This document shows positions 40,301 to 52,204 of a stretch of 64,000 nucleotides of DNA, piece by piece. A program made the position numbers and the translations under genes. Positions within the stretch are counted from its first letter, which is position 1. Every line of letters begins with the position of its first letter. A model generated the notes under the pieces. It searched no databases, was not told where the DNA came from, and saw nothing but the letters and a program-made list of their open reading frames with translations. Source of the DNA: Tubiluchus corallicola (lineage: Eukaryota > Animalia > Priapulida); NCBI GenBank assembly GCA_030141605.1, contig JAQGDQ010000217.1, forward strand, positions 186,001 to 250,000. Direction: 5' to 3'.

Positions 40301-43300
40301 TCGGAGCTTTGATTCGATCCGATTTGTTGAAGCTATTTTATTTCCTAATTGATTTGGTAGAGTTTCTTTTTTAATTTTGCTTAGCTTCGGCTGCAGAGGC
40401 AATTCAGTAGCATTTTGTTACAAAGAATTTTATACAATCTTTCACCCTTTATTTTTCGGAAGTTTTTTGTCCTACTTGAAATATGCCAATGTCACCACTT
40501 TCAGTTTCACCTTGTCTAACTCCTGAAGTCCAAGCACACACCACATTACGAGTTAAACTGCTAGTTTCAACAAAAATGATAAAATTCCTTGTATTACTTT
40601 AACTGAATGCTGCACATAATGTGTTTTACCGAACACGGTTTGATAACTACTCACAGTGTTATTGTAGAATTCTGTCAACCATGCTGCTCAGACTAGAGTA
40701 AAGCTGGACCAATCATTTTATTTATGATTATTCACAGTACATTTTGTCAGTTACTCTCAGTTACAGCAAAATGATCTGTTAGTCACTGGCATTTGTTGCA
40801 AAATAACTAGATCATAGTTTTTTTTATTGCAAATCATGCTGCTTAGATGGGCATCTGTAGAAAAAGCAAAACGTAAAATAATGTCTGCTACATTTCCCTG
40901 TTATAATCCAGGGGCTTCTAATAGTTACATGGTTTCTTGTGTATTTATAGTACAGTGACATGCTTTCTTGCATTTTTATACTACAATGATATTATAAATG
41001 TGTTAGATTCTGTGATTTTTACTACTGTGTTGTTTTTTGCGAATTTTATTTACTCTGTGATTATTTTCATTTGCTTGTATTTTTAGTGAATACCTAGGTA
41101 ACAAACTCCAAACAGAATTAGTATTTTGTGATTGTTGCAGTTTTTGTTTTTCACCTGTTCAAAGGTAATCCATGCTGTGATTGTGATTTGAAATGTCTTG
41201 TACCTTTTTATTTTCTTTACTGTGGCATTTTTTATTAATTGTGGGCCAACATATTCTTGTGTTTAGAAATTATCTCCATGTTAGGAAGACTGTATTTTTG
41301 TTTGTAATTTTTAGGTTAAACACCATAAAGGATGTGTCTTGTAGCATTTCATGTCTTGGACGCAATGGGGCTTTCCCCAGTTTACACTGTGGTATTTGCC
41401 TGGCTTTGTTTCACCCGGAATGTGTAGGCTTAACTGGTAAAGTGCAGCCTGTTTTTGTGTGCGCGGTAAGTGTCTCCAAATTATTGTTGTTACATAAAAA
41501 TAATGTTTGCAGAATCATAGAACTGTTACAGTCAGTTCGATAAGCATATACAAGTAATTATCAAATCCTTTAATTTTTGGTGTCCTAAGTAATTTACCTA
41601 TATAGTTTAAACACATTTAAACACAGTTTTTTCACTTTCAGAAATGTTTACGCGATCATAGTCATGTGGGTGGTAATGTTTCAATGGCAAATAAGTGGAA
41701 TGTTCAGTCAGCCTCCAAACCAGTTTCCACTTCGCCTGTTACGCCGCTTACAAGTGGCCATTTTGCAACAACAGTTGCGGCTCCTGTCTCCCCACTCACC
41801 AACCTTCCGCCTCCTCCACCATTGAAAGTGGGTGCTGCTTTTTCCTTACAGACTGTTAGAACTTCTGGTTCTGTTCATCCAATGAGACCACCAGTTTTGC
41901 AGTCAAGAAACTCTATACCTTCAGCTGTTACATTACAACATGTAAGGCCTCCAGCTCTCACCCAAGCGACAAAACCGCCAATGCTGACATCAGTTACGTC
42001 TCTTGGTTCACCAGTGGTTGCTGAAGCATTACCACAACTGACACCTCGGCCAACTCTTTCCACAATTTCACCAGCTACTTCTCCAAAAGTTGTTTCTGTT
42101 GCGACTTTGAATCAGGTATGATTTTCAGTTCATTATTTTAATTTGCTTCACATAGTTTTTTCTGATTAATTCAAAATCAAATCAAAGGCATAAATATTAA
42201 GTTAAATTTGTATAAATTAAATAAATTTTGTAATTTGTGTTAAGAAAGTGATGTTCTTATATTTTTCAGACTCCAAGGTTTTCTCAGTCGCAGCCAAATT
42301 TTGTCTTGCAGCCTAACCAGAACTATGTGGTTCAAAATGGTAGGGTTATAACGGGAGCAGGAAACATGCCTGGCACTATGTTTTTTTCTAATCCAAATCC
42401 TGTTCGCCCTGCTGTACCGGCGGTAGCATTTTCTCTCCCTTATACACTGGCAACGCCCTCTTTAACTCAAACGGTGCCTGCAACCAATGTCACTTCTAGA
42501 ATACAGACACATATGACGCAACCACAGAGTAGTGCTGTACCATCAATGACTGTCTCTATAAAAGTACCAAGTAATGGACCTGCCACTTCAAAAGCTCTGT
42601 CATCTGTTGCTCAGCAACAAGTGCCTAATTCTAGTGTTAGGCAGAAAGAGAAATTCAGAGCGAAGCGTTTAGGTGTTAACCCAGCTGCATGCCATATACA
42701 GAAGCTACACGCAGGTTACGATGTGCTCCTGCATGTGTTCTATCATTTGAACTATGCTGATCTGTTACGAGCTAGCTGTGTTTGCCGAATATGGCACAAT
42801 GTAATAAAGGATGCTTCTGTGGTAAGATGATTTACGGTTGTTGCAGTTTTGTTCGATTCTAGAGTTAAGGAAACTTACAAAGTAAATTTTAATGTGTTAA
42901 AGTCTCGATTTTTGCTGTACAGCTTAATTGTTGGAATTTTTTTCAAATTAGTTAAGAATGGTACAGTGTACAGCTTAGGATCTCGGTTGTGCATGATTTG
43001 CAAAAACTACGTCTCATATCCAAAAATACAGTTTCGGTCAGTTTAAGACCATTTAAGATCAAAAGTTAGCCTCGGAAAATTTAAAGCCCCCTAATGTCAA
43101 AGTTGCATGGCTGGAGTTATAGAACTTAATCGTCAGAAAAATTGTGCTTTTGCAAAATTTCCCAATTGGAATTACTGCTTCTTTGCACAGTACTTTTTCC
43201 ATTTCAGTGGAGAACAATTCGTTTAAAAGATTCCAGTTTTCGTAGTTGGGGTGGATTACTTAGACGAATGAAGAAGTACAATACAGTTCATTTGGTATGA

Positions 43301-46300
43301 AAGTCGTATATCGTTTATTTGTCATATACATTTGAGTTGCATGCTGTGGTTGTTGCTAGTGCTGATATTATCTTTTAGCTGTAAAAATTCGACAGGTAAA
43401 AAGTTACTAGTTTATTTTCATTTTTAGGATTTCCAAGATGTGAGAATATTGACGAACCCACCTAGCATGCTCTGGCAAGCTGTGCCAGAAATTATAGAAT
43501 CTGCTCTTAGTTTGAAACGCATTAACTTTGGAAAGGTATGTTGCATTCTATAAAGTAAGAGTGTCAAAACTGAGTATCTTTTGTGCTGATGATGTGACCA
43601 TATATTTATAAAATAGGATAGTTGGAATAGAAATCTTTTTCACTATGCTAGCTTGATAGCTTCTAAGTAGGATTTTGCCTTCACTCTGCATTTTCTCATT
43701 TATCAGTTTTACATGGTGGTAGTATGCTTTCGCCTATATTGTAATATATGAGTGTTCTTTCTTGCTTATAATGCAAATTCTAAATGCGGTTGTGGTTTAT
43801 TCATAAATTTAAGTCGCAATTTCAGTTTTTTTAAAGTGGTTTTCATAGTGCCCAATTGTTCTGAATAAATACCAGACTTAGTCGAATTAGTGAATACGGA
43901 ATGGCAACACTTTAATTTGTATTATATCATAGTTGTAAACCAGTGGTTCCAAAACTCATTATCTCGTGACTCAACTTCACTGTGCGAGATGAAACTGCAA
44001 TCCCTTCTGAGTGCACTAACTACACTGATCAAACTAAACATCAAAATGCGTTCATCAAGCTTGATTATCTTTTGTTAACTGTATTTGTTTGCAAAGTTTA
44101 TTTATTACATTAGGGCTTACGTTTAGGAATTAATTTTACAGTTCGTTAATGTGACGAATGGGCTTGCTTATTGCCCGAGACCAGCATAATCGAGTTCAGT
44201 GTTGAACAAAGAGATAATTACAATATGTTTACTTTCCAGTTTCAGTCGCTTTCTCTTAGTTTTCACTGTGCCATCATGGAAAATCCTCTCAACATAGATA
44301 GATAATTTGATGGCTAAGTACTTTCAGCATTTTGATTGCTCTTTTTGACAAATGACTGCAAAACTGCGATCAAATATTTTTTTTCTGACTGGCCAGAAAC
44401 TCCACAAACTATTCACACAACACAGTTTATACAAAGTTAATACTAAACTGAACGAGCAGATTTACACTCGACACATTGTAGATATACAGAATTGCAAACC
44501 TAAGCCTAAGCCTAATAAGTATGAATTTTCTTACTTGGGAGAGCCCTTTGGCTTATTAACTGTAGGACTGTGTTTGATTCGTTTGCACCTTGCCAAGAAG
44601 CATTCGCGAAATGCCAAAGCCGGAAAATGCTACTTCTTGGTTATTTCGGAAAGGCTCACAACTCATTGAAAAGTGCCTTGTAACTTTAGGTTTGCCAACC
44701 ACCATTGTGAATGAGTTACTTGTTAAACATTGATTACGAGTTCGAATACTTGCATTTTTTTATTTTTTTTAATTTGGTAGTTGTGAAAAGTTGAAAGAAT
44801 TGCACAGTTCAAAATGTTATTCATTTTGCAGGTTCCATCGTCAGTTTTGTTGAAATTTGTTTACTCGCCCAGCATATGTAAACAGTTGAAAGAATTGACT
44901 GCAGATGCAATCATAGAAAACCCAGATTCGACAGCAGCTTGGTATGAGCATGTACATTAAGAACGTGTAGTTGTGTGTATTTACGGGAAACTAGCTGAGT
45001 TGAACATACTTTGCTATATAATTTTCATTTAGAACAGCTGGTGCTTTATATCTTACGATTTATAAGATGACTGGTAAAGGTAGAAGGGAGAATGAAAGGG
45101 AGGAGAGTGAGATTGAGGGGTGAGAGAGGCAGTGAGGGTAGGAATGGTGCAAGCAGCAACTTGTGAGTGAATTGCAAGAGGGAAAGATAGACTGCAAGAC
45201 AAAGAGTAATTGTTTACCTGAATAAAATCGTCCAATTGTCCCAATGGTTTTTTTAGGTGTAATGTGATAAAGTTTGATATTGGAAAGTTTAGCAATATGC
45301 AAAACCTGCAGGAGTTGAAAATTCGAGCCCTAACAGGAATGCAGTCCCCTTCTTTCCAATTCAGTGGTGGGATGGAGGTGCTGCCATCTTTAAAGCATCT
45401 ACGAAAATTGGTATGGTGTTACTATGCTGTTCCGCTAATTATGCTTTTGCAAAAAGTGTCAGTGTTTGTGTATTGTCAGTCAAGAATCTTCCATACTTTT
45501 GCTTTATAGATTAGCCACATTTCAAATTTTCATGACAAAATACTAGGGTTTTATTGTAAATTTTTATCTGTTATGTGGCTTGTGACATTATAGGGCTACA
45601 CTTGTGTTATAAAGAAATTAAGGTCATTCTAGTTATTGTTTTTCTGTTGAAATAGATTTTTTGTTTTAATTTTATCCCATTTCAGAATTAAAATAAATTT
45701 GCATTATATTTGTTAATTTATTTATCTGTTTCTCATATTTTATTTTTTTGGAGAGGATGTTTAGTCCATAACTGCAATGTAAATTATATTGTCTTGCTGT
45801 TATCTGCAAATCTATCATGATAGATTTACTACTAACAACCATTTTTTCTGTTCCAGTCACTTACGAATTTAAGAGATATTCGTGAGCAAGAGTTCAGTTT
45901 TCTAGGCGAAATGTTAGAGTTGGAATCACTAGAGCTGGGTGACTGCCGAACATGGAGCTCAGAAGTATGTGAGCTCTTGAACTTTTATCTGATCTGCAGC
46001 TTCTTAAGGCAGTGTTTTTCAACCAGTGTGCCGCGGCACGCTGATGTGCCGTGAAAGATCATCAGGTGTGCCGTGGGAAATTATCTAATATCACCTAATT
46101 AACCATTGTCGGGGGTCTGTGCTGTAATAAACTGTGGCCGATAATGTAAAACTCTTTTATTTCAGTGGGTGGCAGCAGAGAGCGATAAATGCCTGTAAAG
46201 TCAATAGAGTTAGTGTTTATGTACAGCATCATTACTTGAAATATACTTGACTCTCAAAACACTGCGGGATTGAATGATAAACAAGAGAATTATCGCTGTT

Positions 46301-49275
46301 GTATGTTTGCTTAGTAAATTCGTATACAGTTTACTTTGAGCACATAACTGGTTTAGATATACCATAGTTTAGGTTTGCTATATATACAAATGTAAATGTG
46401 TTGCGGGCAATCAACCACAGACAGCTTCATTAATATAGTAAGTTTTCATGCTTCTTTAGAACTATCAATCGACTTGATCAGGCGTAATTGTAGGGCCAAA
46501 GAATTATACAATTTGGAGGCAGGAGACGTGAACGATTATGTGACTAGCCTGCTACGTGAGACTTCAAGATTTCACCACTTTCTGTGCTGACGCATAAGTC
46601 AGAATGGTCACGTGACCGCCTATTGTTTCAACACGCACGTGTCTGTAAATGGTGGTGGTGCCCGAGGATTTTGGAAATGTAAAAAATGTGCCGTGGCTCA
46701 AAAAAGGTTGAAAATCACTGTCTTAACGGGTTGTCCACATACAAGATTTTGGGTCGTTTATAGAGTATTGTAAAAAATTGACAGATGTCTTACAGTGACC
46801 TCATTAGGCAAACGTATCGTTTCCTTTTCTTTTTGAGTAATTCAATAAAGTTCTTGCTGTTGAGCATTCACCATTTTTATTTTATTGTTGTGATGCAGTT
46901 GGCTAAACTCTAGTGTTTTTTGGCTAATTGTTGAATATTCTTACATTTGTACATACTTTAACTAACATGGTTTCTGTACTGTGGCAAGAAAGTTATTTTT
47001 TTAATCAAATTTAGCATTTTTTTGAGGATTAAAATAACGCGGACAGTCTGATAATTTAAAACTATGCGATCTAATTGTAGAAATTGAATCTTATTTTTGT
47101 ATTGAACAAATATTTGTGTTCAAAGTTCAATTTGTTTGTAATTATTTTTCCGATAAATTTGAATTCACAGCAACATTGCGTAACATACACTTTATTTACA
47201 AGCACATGTTATTTCTTTTTGCCCTAGCAGTCAAGCAGTTATCGAAATCATTCTGTAATGACTACAATGTTTAAATTGGATTGTATCTAAACAGCTAGTT
47301 TATTTTATGATTATTGCAAAATTCTGCCTGCTCACTGGTTGCTAGACGTGATCATGTTTCTGTGAACCATCCACCGCATAAGGTTCACCACCAGTTGATT
47401 TTTATAGTGCATAATCAATTTTTTATCACATATTTATTGGGTGATATATCATCTATTATTTATTGTTAGCCACAATCATTTATTGTTTTTTACCAGTAAA
47501 GAGTGAAATGTATAACTGTGAACATTAAAAGTTAAGAGTGGGAAAACATACTTGTGAAACAGCATGTTTAAATTCCTCTTTGGTGGGTGTTACTTTTGTA
47601 GGCTTATAGCAGTTTCTGTGTAAATTTTCATTTGGATTTAACTAGAATTTTTAAGCTTTGCCCGACACTATTTAAATCTCATTTCATAACATTTTAAATG
47701 TTTTGTGTTGTTCCGTTATAGTGTGCATTTGTAAATACATATGCATTCTGAAAAAAATACTTTACACTGATATTTAAGAAATAATTCACTTACTTTTGCA
47801 GACTTATTATGAACTAGGTAAGCTGGTGAAACTCAGGCATCTCCACTTGGAGGCAGGAGGAGAGATTCCTGACGTAGGACTTGCAGATGCCATACACAAC
47901 ATGCATGAGTATGTATCAGAGTCGTCTGATAATCCTCTAAAACACTTACTGTCAGGAGATAAAGGAAAATTATAATATGTAGCATTTTAAGGCAGCTTTT
48001 GGATGTTGAATGTTTGTTTACATGCAAACAGTATCAGGTTAGCAAGCTAACTGAATATTGTGTTCAAGCTTTCATATGTAACTAAACCTTGTACACACCA
48101 ATTTGTAATGAATACAGTGAAATTCGTGTATTGATATTTCAAACAGCTGTTCTATGCACATAACGCACCGAGAACTAAACAAAACAGTACGTCCTCTCAG
48201 TGAGTCTAACTATATATGTTTTGGGAAAATTTCAATTAGACACTAACACTGATTGATATGACAAGAGGCTGTAGGCAAATTTCTTTCGTAAAAATTTTGC
48301 ACTTTTACGCTTGCAGTCAAGTAGGGTAAGGCGCAAATGAGTTGTGCGCTTGATAGAGACACAGTTTTCAGCAATTATCAGTCGAGAGACAAAAACATTA
48401 ATATCGTGCGCAGTTTTATTTTACTAGCGGGATTTTTGAACAGATTAACATAGCAAATAGTATTTTAGTGCTTCATATTAGGCAAAAATGTTGATGTTAA
48501 AGTAAAAACTGCTTTGAGCAAGTCAAAAAAGTCGTATTTAAAATGAAAAAAGTTGGCAAATGTTCAGCCTCGTTGAATTGAAATGTCTCTAAATGGAGTG
48601 TCGTTAAGTGATGACACAGCGCTTTTATTATTTTTTCTATAAATTAAGAGTTGATGTCTTTTCATTCCAGATTAGCGACCCTTGAGCTCATTATGTTTAC
48701 AGTACCAGACACGTTGATATCTGTGCTCCCTCAACTTCCAAATTTGCGTAATCTCAGCATATGGCCCGATGTTGAACAGGTAAGTAATCGCTCAGCGTGT
48801 TCTACTAGATGTAAAATTTAATTATTCTCTTGCCTGATATACATATCTATGTACTGGTAGTTGTTAAAAAAGTTATTGAAAATTGTTTCTCTGCATATTT
48901 TGTGTTGTAGATATGCATTTTTCATGGCATTCAAAAATATTTCATTGATGCTTATTTATAATGTTCATCTATATTTTTCAGGCTGATGTCATTAATACAA
49001 ACGTCTTCTGTCTTGTTATGTGTTTGCCAAAACTGAAACGTTTTGACTGGGGCGTGGCTTGTGAAACCGACAAACTGGGGCAGCAGACAATTACTGCGAT
49101 ACCTTTTCTTCCCTTAAATGAATGGTCTGTTCCAAACATTCCGGGTTTGGCACTTGGCCGGGATGCAACCACGATGTCCGTTACCCAGCTCATGGAAAAT
49201 CTTTGCCCGGTTTTACCGAAGACAAAGATTCGTGTATTGCGAGTTCCAATCGTGAAGTCACCAAAGACGAAATAA
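28315..49275 (+). CDS. MBD-PHD-F-box-LRR protein (~1409/1419 aa; acidic N-terminus, methyl-CpG-binding domain, PHD finger, P/S/T-rich linker, F-box, LRRs)
   Basis: Exons 28315-29305, 32923-33102, [37266-37357 OR 37511-37632], 38742-38769, 39016-39143, 39303-39859, 41315-41465, 41642-42115, 42270-42821, 43208-43294, 43428-43535, 44832-44941, 45257-45410, 45857-45964, 47802-47908, 48671-48779, 48982-49275. All introns are GT-AG and phase-consistent (4230 nt with exon A). MBD: PLDRGWKR...DVYYYTP..KQLRS..QVAQHL..NLTGANFSY. PHD: CSISC..CGIC..FHPEC..CAKC. F-box: DVLLHVFYHLNYADLLRASCVCRIWHNVIKDASVWRTI. LRRs: LQELKI, LRKLSL, LESLEL, LRHLHL, LRNLSI. Confidence 0.88.
33585..33720. repeat. Imperfect (CT)n pyrimidine microsatellite
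   Basis: Direct reading. Confidence 0.9.
34524..35001. mobile_element. Unclassified TIR element (478 bp) with ACGGGG ends
   Basis: Left end ACGGGGATTCGGATTTTTGTGGACACC; reverse complement of right end ACGGGGTGCTTGATTTTTGTGGACGCC. Internal TGTGGACAC/GTCCACA repeats; T-run flanks on both sides. Confidence 0.65.
35340..35700 (+). promoter_or_regulatory. Candidate intronic promoter: E-box, ETS-like site, RFX X-box, CCAAT box
   Basis: CpG-rich patch with CACGTG (~35378), CCGGAA (~35417), GTCGCCTTAGCAAC (35457-35470) and ATTGG (~35539). Confidence 0.5.
36180..36470 (-). mobile_element. CR1-type LINE 3' fragment
   Basis: Peptide LNIPSLKRRRQRSDMIQV...NRGHPSKF resembles the CR1 ORF2 C-terminal motif L..LSL..RR.RGDLI.V...TRGH.KL. 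Confidence 0.75.
37266..37357 (+). CDS. MBD core exon A (mutually exclusive)
   Basis: TTTAG|GT...TTG|GTATG, phase 1 in and phase 0 out; encodes GWKRILSHRSGAADPKIRADVYYYTPQNKQL. Confidence 0.85.
37511..37632 (+). CDS. MBD core exon B (mutually exclusive)
   Basis: GTTAG|GC...TTG|GTATA, phase 1 in and phase 0 out; encodes GWSREFVYRAYASAENETVAQELKLKKGFDVYYYTPDRVKL. Confidence 0.85.
38249..38343. repeat. ~25-bp-stem inverted repeat followed by an alternating purine-pyrimidine (CA/CG) tract
   Basis: Arms ATTGCAAAAATGTGTTACACGTAAAA and TTTTACATGTAACACATTTTGCAAT, then TACACACACGCACGTGCACGCACGCACACATGCATACACACAC. Confidence 0.85.
43941..44704. mobile_element. Degenerate hAT-like non-autonomous element
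   Basis: Left end CAGTGGTTCCAAAAC, right end GGTTTGCCAACCACCA, imperfect 8-bp TSD (TTGTAAAC/TTGTGAAT). Confidence 0.45.
46010..46720. mobile_element. hAT (Charlie-like) non-autonomous transposon, 711 bp
   Basis: TIRs CAGTGTTTTTCAACC and GGTTGAAAATCACTG; 8-bp TSD TCTTAAGG/TCTTAACG; subterminal GTGCCGTG repeats. Confidence 0.9.
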
Positions 49276-51458
49276 ATACATCGTTAATGTATAGCAAAAG
49301 TTTTTAGTTTTTTGAAAAAGTTGAATTGGTTTGCTTGATGCGCTCTTTATGCATTGTTTAAGTGATTTTTATGCATTGTAAAATATTTTGACTTGTGTAA
49401 AATAGAAAGTAGTAAAGTTTTTCAATTTTTGACGCCACGAGTGATTTCATGCTATTGTGCTATAAGCTACATGAATTTTAATATTAACGCATTTCGTTAA
49501 TGGTCAAGAAGTAGAAAAGAAATTGGTAGTTGGGAAGTATATTCTAGTATAGTCTTTATTTAAAAGTTAGACGTACAGAAATTTTAGCCAAGAAATTTCA
49601 AGATAGTCGCATGGAGGCTTGTTAGTTCCAGAAAGTTCAAGAAAAATGTCATCTTTAAATTGATCATGTCTCGCCTGTTGCCTTCGTTTGCTACCCTTAT
49701 TGAAATGGCAATGCTTTCTGGCTCTTTTAGATGCTAATTTACTACTCGTACAGCTACAATAGCAGCCTAAATGACAGTCAGCGGCATTGAATGTTCAGTG
49801 ATTTTTCTTATGACAAAAGCATCTTTGTGAGACCAGTTAAAAAGATTACATTCTCATTCAGACATTTTGCTTTATTGAAATACTCACATAACAGTGACAT
49901 CAGATTAGATATTTTTATGTATGAATATTTGATGTTTCTGCCAGGAAATTGATTTACGCTTAGTCTTGTTATTTAGTCGAGTAGTTGTGGGAGTGGCATG
50001 TGGTCTCATAAACGAATGGTGCATAGCATAACAATAGACTGGCAAAAGATTTGTCAGTATGATGTATTTTTCAAGTAGACATGAAATAACTAACTTATTT
50101 TCAAGTGATTCTGCCTGTGTTTGGTCATCTATGATTGCACTCTTATGATAACTTTCAAATGTATAAATGCCTGTTCCTTAAAAAATGATTAAATGTGATA
50201 TAACTCTTTTTACTCTTTTGATATTGAATAATCTTATTTGTACTGTAAAAAGCAGTATTTACCACCTACCCTGGTACCCCAGTTGTGTAGTTTTAAGACG
50301 CATATATAAGTCATGAAATGCTCTAACTTGTACTAGTAGATATAAGCTGAGTTACAGCACTTATGATGCAGATTAATCCATCTTTTAGTTTTTGTTCACA
50401 GCCACAAAAGGGACCAGTGAATTAATGAAGCCAAATTACAGCAATTTAACATCCCCCCTCCCCCCGCATTGAGTCATCCATACTCTTGATTCTGGCTACA
50501 CAATTACATCAGTAATTGCAGCAGCAAGCATCCTACTTACCCTTGTTCCATTAGAAAAATACTTTGTTTGCCTACTTGTACTTATATTATACCATATTAA
50601 TAATACTTATACCACGATAGTAATGGTCAAGTATTAATAATTATTTTATATCTGTAGTAACTTGTCACTTCAGATTTGATTTCTGCTTTTTGCAGCTTTC
50701 ATTAGCTATTTTTGATCACCCTAAAAGTTTACGGTTATCGATTTGCACATAAGTGATTTGCCCACTGTTAATTTTAATTGATATAGCATAGGGTAAATTG
50801 AAAATAGTGGTGCTCGTTGATCCTAAACAAAGATGAATGGGTCCACAGATGATTTTTTTTATTAAAACAATATTTTGGTAACCGTTAGAGGTGTTCTTCT
50901 CAGATAATACTGATCAGGGCATCCATAAATCCCGTAATGGGTGCAAAAATACTTGTTATAATAAGAAAAGTCATTTGTAGCACTGTGCAATTGTAAGCTT
51001 GCTGTGGAGTGTGAGAAAAACAGTTCTCTTGGTTAGTGATTTATTGGCAGTAAGTGAAAAATAGCAATTAAGTTATTTAATAATTATTGTTATCTGTAAT
51101 TAGAACACAAATGTTTTGCTGTGCAGTATTTTGGTATTTCGTGCAGAGATTTTGATTCATTTTATCTCTAGTAAAGTAAAATTTGTGAATCCCAATTGAT
51201 TAATTAACAAAGTAATACATTTTGTTCAAATGTATTCAGCAATCTAAAAAATTGTAGTCATGTTCTTAAAAGTAGTGCTATGTATTTATAACTACCTAAC
51301 CTGTAATAGGTGTTTTTAAAGTGAGCAAGGTTAAAGCTGAATGAATTGAATCGGCAGCCCAGCCCGGTTTTATTACACGCAGTTCAACATATTATTTACA
51401 TTAATGTCTTCAACAAAGAGAATACATGTAATTATATTTTCTTTGACGTTATGATGTA

Positions 51459-51521
51459 AATAAAAACTAATCAGCATTGCTATGCTAAATTATATTGTTT
51501 CTGTACCTTTTTCCCTTTATT
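51459..51521. terminator. Candidate convergent polyA signals for the MBD-F-box gene (+, AATAAA 51459) and ARMT1 (-, TTTATT 51516)
   Basis: Hexamers read directly between the convergent stop codons; usage unverified. Confidence 0.35.
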
Positions 51522-52204
51522 GCTGTTGCTCACGAGCAGAACACTAGCTATTCCTGATCATGATAATATTCCTGTAGCATAATTCATTAACTACAGATAC
51601 ACGAATAACGATCTGCATTACGTCAATTAAATATAATAATGACATCTAGACCAGTTTATACACAGCAAAAGACGCTTAATAGAATTGCCTTACCTCATCG
51701 AACGAACCTGCTTACATAACGATTAGTGCACTATTATCACTACTTTTGACTAAGATCAGTTCTGTTTGAAAGACAACTTGATTTTTTAATTGCTGCACCA
51801 TTTTATTTTTCCCATTAGGTTGTCAATGGACTCGTCAATTTTATTACTCAAAACTTGCCGATTTTCATACCATATTGAATCTCTAAATGTTTCCCTAATT
51901 TAAAACCACAATTTTAATCATGAAATTGGCTTTTTTAACATGGCACCATTTTTCTCTTCTCAACAAGGTTCTATTTCAGTAGATTTTTTTACTTAAATGA
52001 GATCGTTAGGAGAGCGTTATTGATGCCAATCATACCACGAAAGACAGGCCAGGGCGAAGCCTCTAGCTTATTTTGGGCCACCTATAAAGCACATAAACTT
52101 ATGAAGTGGGAATGACACTGCATAAAAAACAAGTTAGTCTGAAAAATAAAAAAAATCATTTGAATGCTATAAATTAACAATGCCTACTTAACACATGCAC
52201 CACA

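Noticed and set aside
41087-41097. 11-nt AG/GT-flanked microexon candidate
   Set aside because: Not frame-preserving and no compensating exon seen.
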